Positions 1-10,848 of a stretch of 32,558 nt of DNA are shown one piece after another (within the stretch, counting starts at the first letter, position 1; each line of letters starts with the position of its first letter). This DNA comes from Octopus bimaculoides. Lineage: Eukaryota. The notes under the pieces are model-generated. The model worked only from the letters and a program-made list of their open reading frames with translations. It made no database searches and had not been told where the DNA came from. The stretch is taken from positions 142,588,334 to 142,620,891 of the forward strand of contig NC_068982.1 of assembly GCF_001194135.2 (NCBI RefSeq), written 5' to 3'. The translations under genes were made by a program, and so were the position numbers.

Positions 1-1330
1 GCCTCACGCAGCTCCTGCAGCATTATGACTGGGTTCTGAAGCAGCTACTTGACCATTCAAATGTTGATGTGATATATCTCAACTTTGCAAAAGCCTTTGA
101 CAAAGTTGATCATGGCTTGATATGTCACAAGCTGCGAAACCTTGGCATAACTAGTAAATTAGGAGAATGGCTGCATGACTTCTTGAATGGTAGAAGTCAG
201 GCAGTTGCAGCCAATGGAGAACTATCTAGGGAACACAAATATTGAGCGGTGTTCCGCAAGGAACTGTCCTGGGGCCACTACTGTTCATAGTGGCCCTTCT
301 GGACATGCCCACGGTCAATCGGAGAGCCACTGTCACTAGCTACGCCGATGACACAAAACTATCACAGGCAATAAAGAATCCTGATGATATTGTAAGCCTA
401 CAGAATGAACTAAATGCAATATATGAGTGGGCAGAGCAAAACAGTATGCAGTTCAATGCGGAAAAAATTCAAGTACTGCGCTACAAGGCCACAAGTGCCT
501 CCCAACTGGCATACACAGGACCTGGAGGTACTGCAATCCCAGAACCACAAGCCGTGAGAGGCCTGGGCATCAACATGTGTAGTGATGCATCATTTCACAT
601 GAACATTGTCAAGGTGACCGCAAAGTGCAGACAGCTGGCAGGGTCGATACTGAGGACATTCCGTACAAGGGATCAAAAAGTCATGCTTACTCTATGGAAG
701 ACATTTGTCCTGAGCCGCCTAGACTATTGCTCTCAGTCGTGGTCACCACACAGTGTTAAACGGACAGCAGATCTCGAGGCAATTCAGAGGCACTATACAA
801 AAAAGATCGCCACAGTCCAGCAGATGAACTACAGGGAGCAACTGCAGGCACTAGGTCTCTACCCCCTGGAACGCAGGAAAATATTGGAAGGACTGGTGCC
901 AAATTTTGGCATCAAGTACTACAGGAATTCCCGCACGGGTCGCCACTGCATAGTGCTAAAGGTGCCGTCCACTGCATCTCACATAAGAACAAGATACTGC
1001 AGCAGCCTCGGTTTCAGAGGACCTCAGCTCTTCAATGCCCTGCCAAAACATTTGAGACGTGCAAGACACGGATGTGGGGGTCTTCAGGACAAAACTCGAC
1101 TCTTTCCTCTCCACGATACCAGACGAACCAATGCCTAGAAATGAGACACAGTTTAGGGCAGCGATGTCAAATTCTCTTATACCCCAGATGTGCCATCAAA
1201 ACTCTTGATTGGACTATATCAGGTGCAGGAGAAGAGCCATGCAAGGAACGTGAAGAGAGCAAAGCATAAAGACAGAAAATCACGGTGGTGCTCCAGCATG
1301 ACCGCAACCACTTGGCTGAAACCCATAAAT
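1..1330 (+). mobile_element. CR1-group non-LTR retrotransposon (LINE): 3' part of the RT ORF plus 3' UTR, cut by the window start
   Basis: Frame from nt 3 reads VIYLNFAKAFDKVDHGLICHKLRNLG...WLHDFLNGRSQ, then shifts into ORF 242-1138 with SGVPQGTVLGPLLF, SYADDTKL, LVLSRLDYCSQSWSP and GPQLFNALP. The 3' tail GGTGCTCCAGCATGACCGCAACCACTTGGCTGAAAC lies at 1287-1322. Confidence 0.92.
3..1138 (+). pseudogene. Disrupted reverse transcriptase ORF of the CR1-group LINE
   Basis: Frameshift near nt 240. The RERYAIIYIW segment present in the 20.3-21.4 kb copy is missing here (LERRKILEG), and there is a further frameshift near the C-terminus. RT motifs YADD and PQG are retained. Confidence 0.85.
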
Positions 1331-3159
1331 ACGTAAATATATATATATATANNNNNNNNNNNNNNNNNNNNNNNNNNNNNNNNNNNNNNNNNNNNNNNNN
1401 NNNNNNNNNNNNNNNNNNNNNNNNNNNNNNNNNNNNNNNNNNNNNNNNNNNNNNNNNNNNNNNNNNNNNNNNNNNNNNNNNNNNNNNNNNNNNNNNNNNN
1501 NNNNNNNNNNNNNNNNNNNNNNNNNNNNNNNNNNNNNNNNNNNNNNNNNNNNNNNNNNNNNNNNNNNNNNNNNNNNNNNNNNNNNNNNNNNNNNNNNNNN
1601 NNNNNNNNNNNNNNNNNNNNNNNNNNNNNNNNNNNNNNNNNNNNNNNNNNNNNNNNNNNNNNNNNNNNNNNNNNNNNNNNNNNNNNNTATATATATATAT
1701 ATATATGTATATATATACATACATATATATTAAAGATAAATTTCCAAATTATGATTGGTAGAGATATAGAAGTGAGTACCGAAGTCGCATTTCCATAAAC
1801 ATACTTACGTTAACCTGATATTAAGCATTGATACTATCGCTCACCATTTAAGGATGGTCTATGTCAGTAGACTGCTAAAATTTCTGGGACAGCTAGTTAT
1901 TTTGTTTCTAACCAGTAGACTTGAAAACTTCCGGATCTAGGCTATTTTGGGAGCAATGTCATCACCACGTGTATTTCGGATGGACATGTATTTAATTTAG
2001 ATTCTATCTGAACAATGCGGTTAAATCCAACCCAAATATGCGGCAACTAACAATAAGTGCACATAAAGATGCAAATTTTGTAGAGTGCATTCGTTAAAAT
2101 GCTGCAGGAACATGTGTACGTGCAGACACGAAAAGAAGTAAGGGACTGTTGAATAAAACTCGATATAAATCTTTATTCTCCTATATTATAAATTTATCAT
2201 TCATATATATATATAGGAATAGTATGGAGGTATGTATGTATGTCTATTACGAACGTCTTTGCTGAAGCCTGCAACCAAAATACCGACGAAAAATTGTTAT
2301 AAGAACAAAGTGTTTTACACTGAATAACAGACGACCTCTTCTCATATTCAATGATCCTGAGAATGTATTCAGCAATTGTAATATAGCATAAATAGTAAAT
2401 AAATACATATTATTGACATGTCATGATATATCTCACCTTTTAATCACCCATGTAAATTTATATAAACATAGTGATATTCTGAGTGGGGTGTTTTAAATCA
2501 TAATATATTTATGAATGTTAGTACTAAACTGGATAACGCCATACTAGTTTCACTGAATTTTATGTGTTGAAATCAACGGTTTCTTACATACATGATTATA
2601 TGTTATCGCGGAAATGGTGAATTAAAAATTTATATTCACGTTTGTCGCAAAGGGGCGTAGCTAAATACGAGTAATGTGTCCGTTGTTTTATAGTTTCTTC
2701 GAATCCACGTGCTTATTAGAGCTTCAGGTACATAATTATTAATGGTATACTTTCTACAGTGAAACGCATTCTAACAACTAATGACTATTATAACGGAGAA
2801 TTATAAAGTATCGTATATATGTGAATGATTAATAACTGTTTACAAGTGTCAGTGTCCGGCTGAAGAATCTTTTAAAAGTTACGACATAGCATAATAGGAA
2901 TGAAAGAGTTTACCAAAACTTAAAACACTAAATTGGATCCAGGCTCTGAAATTAGAGAATATAGGAAACACACACCCTTAAATATCCTTTGTCATTGTTG
3001 AATCTTGTAAGGCAAAATAAGTAACCAAAGGCAAAATGTTGATATGAAGACATCAGAAACCTTGTGCTAAGGACTAAATTCAATACGATAAATACAATGC
3101 TAGGTATAACTAGAACAAGCCTCAAACTAGTTTTATGACTGACCTCAATATTAGATATA

Positions 3160-3547
3160 CAGGGTGCCACAAGGTCTGGGTACATAGAATAAATAAATTC
3201 ATAACATACACAATGAAATATAAGAAATAATAATTTCTTAAAGTATGTATTAATCCCCATGTGGGTACATGGAATAAATAAAATCGTAATATAAACAACT
3301 AAATATAAGAAATAATAATTTCTAATTTCTTAACGTATTTGTTAATCCCCATGTGGGTACATGGAGTGAATAAATTCATAGAATAAACAATTAAATATAA
3401 AAAATAATAATTTCTTAAAGTATGTGTTAATCTCCATGTGGGTACATGGAGTAAATAAAATCATAACATAAACAACTAAATATAAGAAATAGTGATTTCT
3501 TAAAGTATGTGTTAATCCCTATGTACCCAGACTTTGTGGACACCCTG
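3160..3547. mobile_element. Tc1/mariner-type MITE, 388 bp, with TA target-site duplication
   Basis: Left TIR CAGGGTGCCACAAGGTCTGGGTACATAG (3160-3187) versus reverse complement of the right TIR CAGGGTGTCCACAAAGTCTGGGTACATAG (3519-3547): one mismatch and one indel. Flanked by TA at 3158-3159 and 3548-3549. No coding capacity. Confidence 0.85.
3178..3520. repeat. Tandem array of four ~85-bp units inside the MITE
   Basis: Units begin with GGGTACAT at 3178, 3263, 3355 and 3440 (periods 85, 92, 85; the second unit carries a 7-nt TAATTTC duplication). Confidence 0.92.
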
Positions 3548-3595
3548 TATAATGAAGACGTTGAGCTTACAGAATCATTACCACCCAATGCACAC

Positions 3596-3643
3596 GACGT
3601 TGATTTTGCCTTTCATCATCTCGGGGGTCGATAAAATAAGTAC
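3596..3643 (+). mobile_element. SINE family 1, central-domain fragment
   Basis: GATTTTGCCTTTCATCATCTCGGGGGTCGATAAAATAAGTAC matches the core of the full copy at 4285-4498. Confidence 0.75.
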
Positions 3644-4284
3644 TTCATATATCCCACGAAATTATTGGTGTTGTGCCAAAATATTCAGCCAATATAACGA
3701 ATATGACGCTACAAATAAATGAAACCTTCATATATAGGCGTCTACAATAATATTTAACACGTTTGTGTACACTCGAGTATGAAGAAAATAATAAGCTGCA
3801 GAAGTTTTCTCAATAGAAGACAACGTTATAGATGATATTTTTGAAAACACCACTGTGCCACTAATAGCGTCATCGGAGCATAAGATCCATGTGTTTTTGC
3901 ATCGTTATGTTTCATCGAGTTTTGGTATCGAGTCATCGTTCATGGTCTATAAAACCACGCCGTTCTTATATGAGAACAGCGAAACATATTTCTGATAATG
4001 TCAACAAAGTATTGTCAAGCTGAAATTTACTTAACTAAGGTCGTGTGCGCAAGAAATTGTTAAATAGTAATTTTACATATTAATAATTCATCTAACATTG
4101 TGTAGAGTTCAGGTAATGAGTTAAACCACGAAACCAATTATAAGGCAAAATTCATACATTGCTAGAAGGAAAACGCTAGGTATACATACAGGACCTCACC
4201 TATTGAATTAAATAAGATATGTAAAATGCTAAGCATAAATACAAGCCTTACTAATTTTAATTTGAACTCAATATGAGACAGAGA

Positions 4285-4498
4285 AAGGCGACGAGCTGGC
4301 AGAAATGTGAGCACACCGGGCGAAATGCTTACCAGTATTTCGTCTGTCTTTACGTTCTGAGTTCGAATTCCGCCGAGGTTGACTTTGCCTTTCATCCTTT
4401 CGGGGTCGATAAATTAAGTACCAGTTGTGTACTGGGGTCAATTTAATCGACTGGCCCCCTTCTCCAAAATTTCATGCCATGTGCCCAGAGTAGAGAAG
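4285..4498 (+). mobile_element. SINE family 1, full-length tRNA-derived SINE with a perfect 15-bp TSD
   Basis: Pol III B box GTTCGAATTCC at 4361-4371; core CTTTCATCCTTTCGGGGTCGATAAATTAAGTACCAG; TSD AATATGAGACAGAGA at 4270-4284 and 4499-4513. Confidence 0.92.
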
Positions 4499-5200
4499 AA
4501 TATGAGACAGAGAGATTACGCTAGGTATAAATACATAGTCATTCCTATATATTCAACATAAATTGAAAGTGAAGTAAAGAGTGTAGAGAGACAGTTAAAG
4601 AATATATTAAGAGCCGTTTGAATCTGCCTTCCAAAACCTGTATGAATAGCCCATATATGAGGGGCGGTGGGGACAATCTAATAAGGGTCCTTCTACTGCA
4701 ATACCTAATCTACTTCTCATCATACCCTGAAGCCGAAAAACAAAAATTGACCCATCCGATAATGTGATATTAGAATCTTCGTATAGGCCGACTGTTTTCG
4801 GCAAAAATTGCTTTGGTCATAGACTTGCTCAGTCAGGGTTGATCCATTCTCCAAAGCAATAACAACAAAGACAGCACGGTTTCATACAAAATACAATTAG
4901 GCTGACTAGAAAAAAAATTGAAAAACATAAGGTAAACGGAATCTAATTTCGGTCGATTATAGACCAAGAAGACTGGAATAAGCTTCGGATTAATGAGCTT
5001 GTAGATTCGTGACAAGACTATAAAAGCATATAGACATATATTTCATGTCATCGGTGTTTGTTTGTTTTTTATAAATTTGATTTATATTTAATCATTCGCT
5101 TTTCTTTCTAAACACACATAATCTATGTCTGCCTTCCTTAGTATTTGCCTTCGCATCTATCATCCTCCTGGCTAAAAGAAGAAAATATTATTGTTGTCAT

Positions 5201-5432
5201 AAGGGTAACAAGCAGGTAGAACAGTTACCGCGCCGGACAAAATGATTTTTTTTTTCTTCCACTGTTTTACATTTGTACATTTGGAGCTCAAATGCTGCGA
5301 GGTCGACTTTGCTTTTCATCCTTTCGGAGTTCTTAAGATCAACTATCTCCTACGTTAAAAGCCAAATATTGCGATCAATTATCCCTCACCATAAGCGCTG
5401 CAGAGTGTTTTGCTTAGATTAGAAACCATTAT
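5201..5432 (+). mobile_element. SINE family 1, degenerate copy
   Basis: Head CGCCGGACAAAATG, core GAGGTCGACTTTGCTTTTCATCCTTTCGGAG and tail AGAAACCATTAT align with the 4285 and 18673 copies. Confidence 0.7.
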
Positions 5433-5738
5433 ACATTCCTCTTTCCTGGTGTACTATATTGTCATTATTGAACGGCGAAAATGTTTTAGTGAACAGGCCT
5501 GGTCTGTGCATGTGTCTGAAGATTGTAAAATGACTTAATGTTTCATATAACTGTAGTTATTTTGTGATTTAAAACAGGCCTAGTAGCTCCCTCTCTGCTT
5601 TGGGGATTTATAAAAAAAATATAGTTTTGCTATTTTCCTAATTTACACCTTTGATTCTTATCATGTAATCTCGCTCTGTAATGTCCTGTACCATAATAGA
5701 TTTTTTTTTATCATCCCTTGTAGTTAATAATAACTGTA

Positions 5739-5811
5739 TTCTCCTTCTTCTTCTTCTTCTTCTCCTTCTTCTTCTTCTTCTTCTTCTTATTATTATTATT
5801 ATTATTATTAT
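5739..5811. repeat. Compound microsatellite (TTC)n-(TTA)n
   Basis: Read directly from the sequence; it produces the poly-R/poly-I ORF 5638-5889. Confidence 0.95.
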
Positions 5812-5899
5812 GGTAATTGCTTTCAAATGGTAAATGTTGAGACGGGAAGACCTGTCAACTGAAGTGAATCCAATAATTGATTTGTACATATGTTATCGT

Positions 5900-6260
5900 T
5901 CTCATATGGATGAGAGTACCATACATTGCATCTTAACTCGGACTGATTCGTATACATGAATAAATAACGTAAGCATAATACCAACCAGGCTCTATTACTG
6001 CTTCAAAGAAACTAAATGAATTCCTCAAACTGTGATTTAATAACAAACCAATTCTAATACCTTACGCCAAGTGTTAAAACGTACGAGAGATCATTTTTCA
6101 AACTGTGTATTGTTATCTTTGATAGATGTTGTGGTAATTGCTTTCCAAGCTAGTTTACTGAAACCTATGATCAGATTGAATTTTATTTCTTTGTCGTCAA
6201 GAACATACATTAGCATCTTGAAGCAGTATATATACTTTCCCGACGTCTTCTCTGTTACTA
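5900..6260 (-). mobile_element. Possible highly decayed RTE-like LINE relic
   Basis: Minus-strand pieces DDKEIKF...KLAWKA and FEAVIEPGWYYA loosely resemble the post-RT region of RTE-type elements (KxIK...AWxA...FxAxVExxLLYG). Many stops and frameshifts, so similarity is weak. Confidence 0.25.
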
Positions 6261-7171
6261 ATGCAAATTCTTAAGATCGCAGCTGGATATTTCGGTTGTA
6301 AATTCCAAGAATATTACCGAGTGTAAATATGAAATGTTATTCTATTGTCGTTGTGAAATTGTTTTCCATTGCCTGCAAGAGTATTAAGAATATGTATGAC
6401 GTAATTTTCCTTAGTAGTATGGTGGCAGAGTGGTTAAGCTAATATATATTATATCATAGGTCAGAACGGAGGTTTCACAGACTCATTGTCAAAAACTTTT
6501 CAGGTCATTCTTCTTTGAATTTAAATATTCCGACTTTGCTTATATATATTAGGTGCCCTATATAGAGCTGCCGATAGTAACAGCATACATTTTACTCTAG
6601 GATTTCGGCCCTAGTATTTGTCTAAAAATTATAATATATGTTAAGCAGTGAGTCAGACTTCAAAATATCTTTGAATTCATCCTACATTACCAGGACTCAT
6701 CTTATTCTTGGCTCTCGATAACGGATCAACTTGGAATATTGTCGTTGTACGCTGCCATGCAGTAATAGAAAGCCTGTTAGAAAAAGCAGTCTGCCTTAAA
6801 GGAAAGAAACATTGGATGATGTGTTTTAGGGTGCATGTGGATTGAAATTTAAAAAAAAAAAGTGAGAGAGCATGTATCCCTGATAGTTCGGTGTTGGGAG
6901 AACTTATAGATAACTTCGAATTACGTGACTACCAACATAATTTAACCTATGCTCCGAAATCCCTACAGGTCACAAAAAGGTTTAGGCACGTATGATCGGT
7001 ACCACAATCCGCTCCTAACTATAATGTAGTTAGACAATCCTCAACATAATAGATAAGCTGGTAAGCGCATTATATAAAACATCACAGAAAACGCAATCGG
7101 CATTTTGCTGATAATGCGCCTAAGTGCTCGTTTAATTTGACGTGTAGATGGGAATGTAAGCTCATGTTTTC

Positions 7172-7310
7172 CTGCCGAGGTCAACATTACTTTTCATCCC
7201 TTCGGGGTCGATGAAATAAGTACCAGTTACGCAACGGGGTCAGTGTAATCGACTAGCCAGCACCCCTAAAATTTTAGGTCTAGTGCCATTAGCAGAAAGG
7301 ATTATTATTA
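7172..7310 (+). mobile_element. SINE family 1, 5'-truncated, with (ATT)n tail
   Basis: GCCGAGGTCAAC...TTTTCATCCCTTCGGGGTCGATGAAATAAGTACCAG...CCCCTAAAATTT...AGAAAGGATTATTATTA. Confidence 0.85.
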
Positions 7311-8435
7311 TAATTTTAATTAATATATGAAAAGTTACAGCATATTTTCCTGGGTATGACAGAAAGTGTCGGCTGTCCACAGTCAGCAGACTAAGGCGAC
7401 ACTTGTTTACTGATCATGATTCAAGAACGCAGTGAGGAATCTTTGCAATTCCAAACAATGCTGATTTTTGTATGTGTTCTACCTTTACACTTGCACCGAA
7501 CTTTTTCAGCCATGTTGGTAGTTGAATGCTGATATTTCCAAATGCACCAATTACTATTGGTACAATGACTGCTTTCTTCGTTGTCCACAACCTTCGTATG
7601 TCCTACTTTAATTCATCGTAGTTGTTTATTTCTTCTTTCACATTGATCCTGTTGTTACCACAACAACGTCCGGTTTCAGATGTCTGGTCGGGTGATCACA
7701 CTGAATCATTGCATCCCATCGGATTTTGAAATTTCATTTTCGGTTATTCCTCCTGGAGTTTTCTCATACCGGATATTTGCTCTTTGTAGGCCGTGGTTTC
7801 ATTTTAGCCATATTGTCAGGCTGTCGTTTGTATTATCGGTGTGCCAATTTCGAGCATTTGCCAACGATGTTTTACCCCTCTCACCACACATTCTGCATTT
7901 GTCGCTATCAGTAGTGTTGTCTATTCTGCACTTCATATAGCTGGTCTTTAACGCTTGTTCCTGAGTTGCGAATATGAGTTCTTCTTTCTCTATCTTCAAG
8001 TTGCTTCTCCTCATCAATAGCCACCAGTCGTCCTTAACTGTCTTGGCGTCACATCTCTTGCAAACTGACAGCATATCTTCTTTTCCTTCCATGCTGTTTT
8101 TTTTTTCCCGTTTTGTTTATTTTCGGTTTTGATGACACCGGCCTTCTTCGTGTGTTTCAAAAGTGGGTCCACGGCATTTTTTATATACCACCCTAAGCTG
8201 TTTTCCTCTGCTTCGATACAGTCCTGGCAATTGATCAAACCTTTCTTCTGGACAAGTTCAGCCTATCGGTGTGTCACGCTTAGGCTGGAAGGCGCCGTGT
8301 ACTGTCAACATTTTTCTTGTCTTGGTATCCATTTTCGTCATTTCTCTATGTTGTCATTTTGTAATTCCCGTTCCATACATAAGTGATGCTATCGCCCACG
8401 TATTAACTGCTTGGCTTTCATTCCATCCAGTCAAT
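7311..8435 (-). mobile_element. R4/Dong-like RLE-type non-LTR retrotransposon, 5'-truncated and decayed (copy 1)
   Basis: Minus-strand translation across frameshifts gives AVNTWAIASLMYG, MDTKTRKMLTVHGAFQPKRDTDRL, QEQALKTSYMKCRIDN, the zinc-knuckle start CRMCGERG, IQCDHPTRHLKPDVVV (PD of the restriction-like endonuclease) and VIVPIVIGAFG, followed by a short 3' UTR ending in TAATAATAA. Confidence 0.88.
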
Positions 8436-8543
8436 ACCATCACCATCATCGTCATCGTCATCATCATCATCATTATTATTATTATTATTATTGTTATTAT
8501 TATGATACAGGTATGTATGCCCATAAACACACACACACACACA

Positions 8544-8603
<60 letters not shown>
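8436..8603. repeat. Compound microsatellite (CAT)n-(TAT)n-(CA)n-(TA)n
   Basis: Read directly from the sequence; lies at the 5' junction of Dong-like copy 1. Confidence 0.95.
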
Positions 8604-8605
<2 letters not shown>

Positions 8606-9285
8606 CAAATGAATGCATTTGTGTATGCATGTATATATAAAGGAAAGAGTGATGGTAGGGCGGGAGAGACATTTTAATAAAGATAAAACATAGCTAAAAT
8701 GATGATAATACTAGAGGAGTAAATGAAATGTTTGTGGTTAAGAAATAATATATGTGATGTACAATACACAAAGAATATTCGAAATAGAATGGTAGCACAC
8801 ATTGTATAGATTTTTCAGTCGATTTTTGCAGTTTGTTAATATTCTTAAGCGCTTCAGGTTGTATAGTGATCAATACTGGAAAAGCTCAATAGATTTCTTA
8901 TTGTTTAAAACCTATTAGTGCTATTGATTTCATTGTTTCAATTGTTGTTAGTCTTACAACTGCTGTTGTTCTTAGTTTTTATACGATTTTTTTTCTTTTG
9001 TTTTGATTTTATTTGATAACGAAGCGATTGTGAAGACTATGGTGATGTGAATAATGAGCATAAGATTAATTATGACGATGATGAGCATATGTATTTACAT
9101 ACGTGTACTAAATTCAAATACATATACATATAAATATAAATATAAACAATCACGCATACGCAGAGGCGTACCCACTCACGTGTATAAACAGATCTACATG
9201 CATTCATAAATGTATATGTATAAATATGTATATACCCTACACATACATACACCCACATGCACATATGTATACACACACCACCCAC

Positions 9286-9395
9286 ATATACATATATATA
9301 TATACATGCATACATACATACGTTCATACATACATACATGCATGCGTGCATGCATACGTACATACGTACATACGTACATACGTACATACGTACAT
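9286..9395. repeat. (TA)/(TACA)/(TACATACG)n microsatellite
   Basis: Read directly from the sequence. Confidence 0.9.
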
Positions 9396-9404
9396 CAATG
9401 ACAT

Positions 9405-10290
9405 CATTGACGTCTTTTTGCGGATGTCTCTAAGCTTCTGAAGGTCATCGTCAAAGTAAGAAACTAGCTAATCTTCAATCGGATCTGCTCGTTGGAATCC
9501 AATAGGCAGAAAAACACAGTATACAGCTAAACACTTGTAAGTTTAAGTTAATCCACCTCAGTAAAGAGGCTGCAGCCAAACTACAATACGTTCTTCCCTC
9601 GGGAGAAAACCTCGTAACAACAGACTCCGCAAGGGACCTTCGAATAACAGTCGACAACTTAAGCTAGCGTACCCATATAAACAAGAATATTAACATGGCT
9701 CGCATGGGATGCTTCGGATGCTCAGGACTTCCTGGTCTAGAGACGTTCCTATGAAACCTTTCTGCTCTTCCTCCGCCCGCCTCACCTTGAATACTGTTCT
9801 CGAAACAAAAGATGGAGATTGAAGCACACCGGAGTCCAGTCATACAAAAAAAGAAGTAGATGACATAAGGGCTCTTGGTTATTGGGATCGGCTGGAAACA
9901 ATAACACTAAATTCATTCCAACACTGCCGTGGACACTATATCATGTGTATGATATTGAAAATAACAATTGCGCAAATGTTGTTGGCATCAACTTTAAAAT
10001 TCACTCTATCCTTGTTCCCCTGCCATCCACCCTCTACAAAAATCTTGCTCACCTCACATCGCAACACTAACAGAGAACTATGTTACACCAACTTTCTCTG
10101 CTCTCTTTAAAATCATGCCAAGACACATAAGAAGAGAAAATGATCTTAAAACGTTTATTCAAAACAAATTCCAGATAAATCACACACACAGTATACATAT
10201 CTGCAAAAAATAACTCATTACTTCAATGGGCTATGATACCCAAGAATAACTGTATTACATTAAATATATTTTCCAGCGGTTAGTCATTTC
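9405..10290 (+). mobile_element. Old CR1-group LINE fragment (RT C-terminal half), different subfamily from the copy at 1-1330
   Basis: Degenerate FADVSKL (from FADDTKL), LQSDLLVGIQ*AEKHSIQLN, DSARDLRITVDN, RPHLEYCS, YWDRLE, LFKIMPRHIRR and AKNNSLLQWA. End points are approximate. Confidence 0.8.
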
Positions 10291-10354
10291 CTGTGCCAAT
10301 TCTGGCAAAAACTTATCTAAATATTTAAGTATTTATATGTGTATATATGTGTGC

Positions 10355-10848
10355 ATTATCGTTGTGCCAATTTCAGGCATTTGCTAACGATGTTTTATCC
10401 CTCTCACCACACATTCTACGTTTGTCGCCATCGGTAGTATTGTCAATTCTACACTTCATATAATTGGTCCTTAACGCTTGTTCCTGAGCTGCGCAAATGA
10501 GTGCTTCTGTCTCTATCTTCAGGTCAATCCTCTTCGTCCATAGCCACTCGTCTTCTATATCCGTCTTGGCTTTCACATCTCTTGCAAACTGACTGTGCAT
10601 TTTTTCTTCTATGCTTTTCGTTTTTTTTTTGTTTTGTTTTTTTCTTTGGTTCATTTCTTTGTTAATTTTTTATTTAGTTACACAACTTTCAGTTTTGATG
10701 ACGCCGACCTTCATCGTGTGTTTCAACAATGGTTCAGCGGCACTTTTTATGTACCACCTCAGGTTGTTTTCCTCGATCTACAGCAATATTTGTATACCAC
10801 CCTAGGCTGTTTTCCTCGCTCCACGGCATTTTTTAATACCTCCTTAGG
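10355..10848 (-). mobile_element. R4/Dong-like LINE internal fragment (copy 2)
   Basis: MHSQFARDVKAKTDIEDEWLWTKRIDLKIETEALICAAQEQALRTNYMKCRIDNTTDGDKRRMCGERD (ORF 10373-10654). Aligns at DNA level with 7830-8215 and lacks the RLE domain and 3' end. Confidence 0.88.

Noticed and set aside
3178-3520. Regularly spaced repeats considered as a CRISPR-like array
   Set aside because: Eukaryotic context, and the units are contiguous tandem copies with no unique spacers.
4580-5020. Short ORFs 4607-4804 and 4833-5015
   Set aside because: No recognisable domain; probably decayed repeat sequence.
6421-6480. GGTGGCAGAGTGGTTAAG, a tRNA A-box-like word
   Set aside because: No B box or cloverleaf follows; at most a SINE head remnant, not a tRNA gene.
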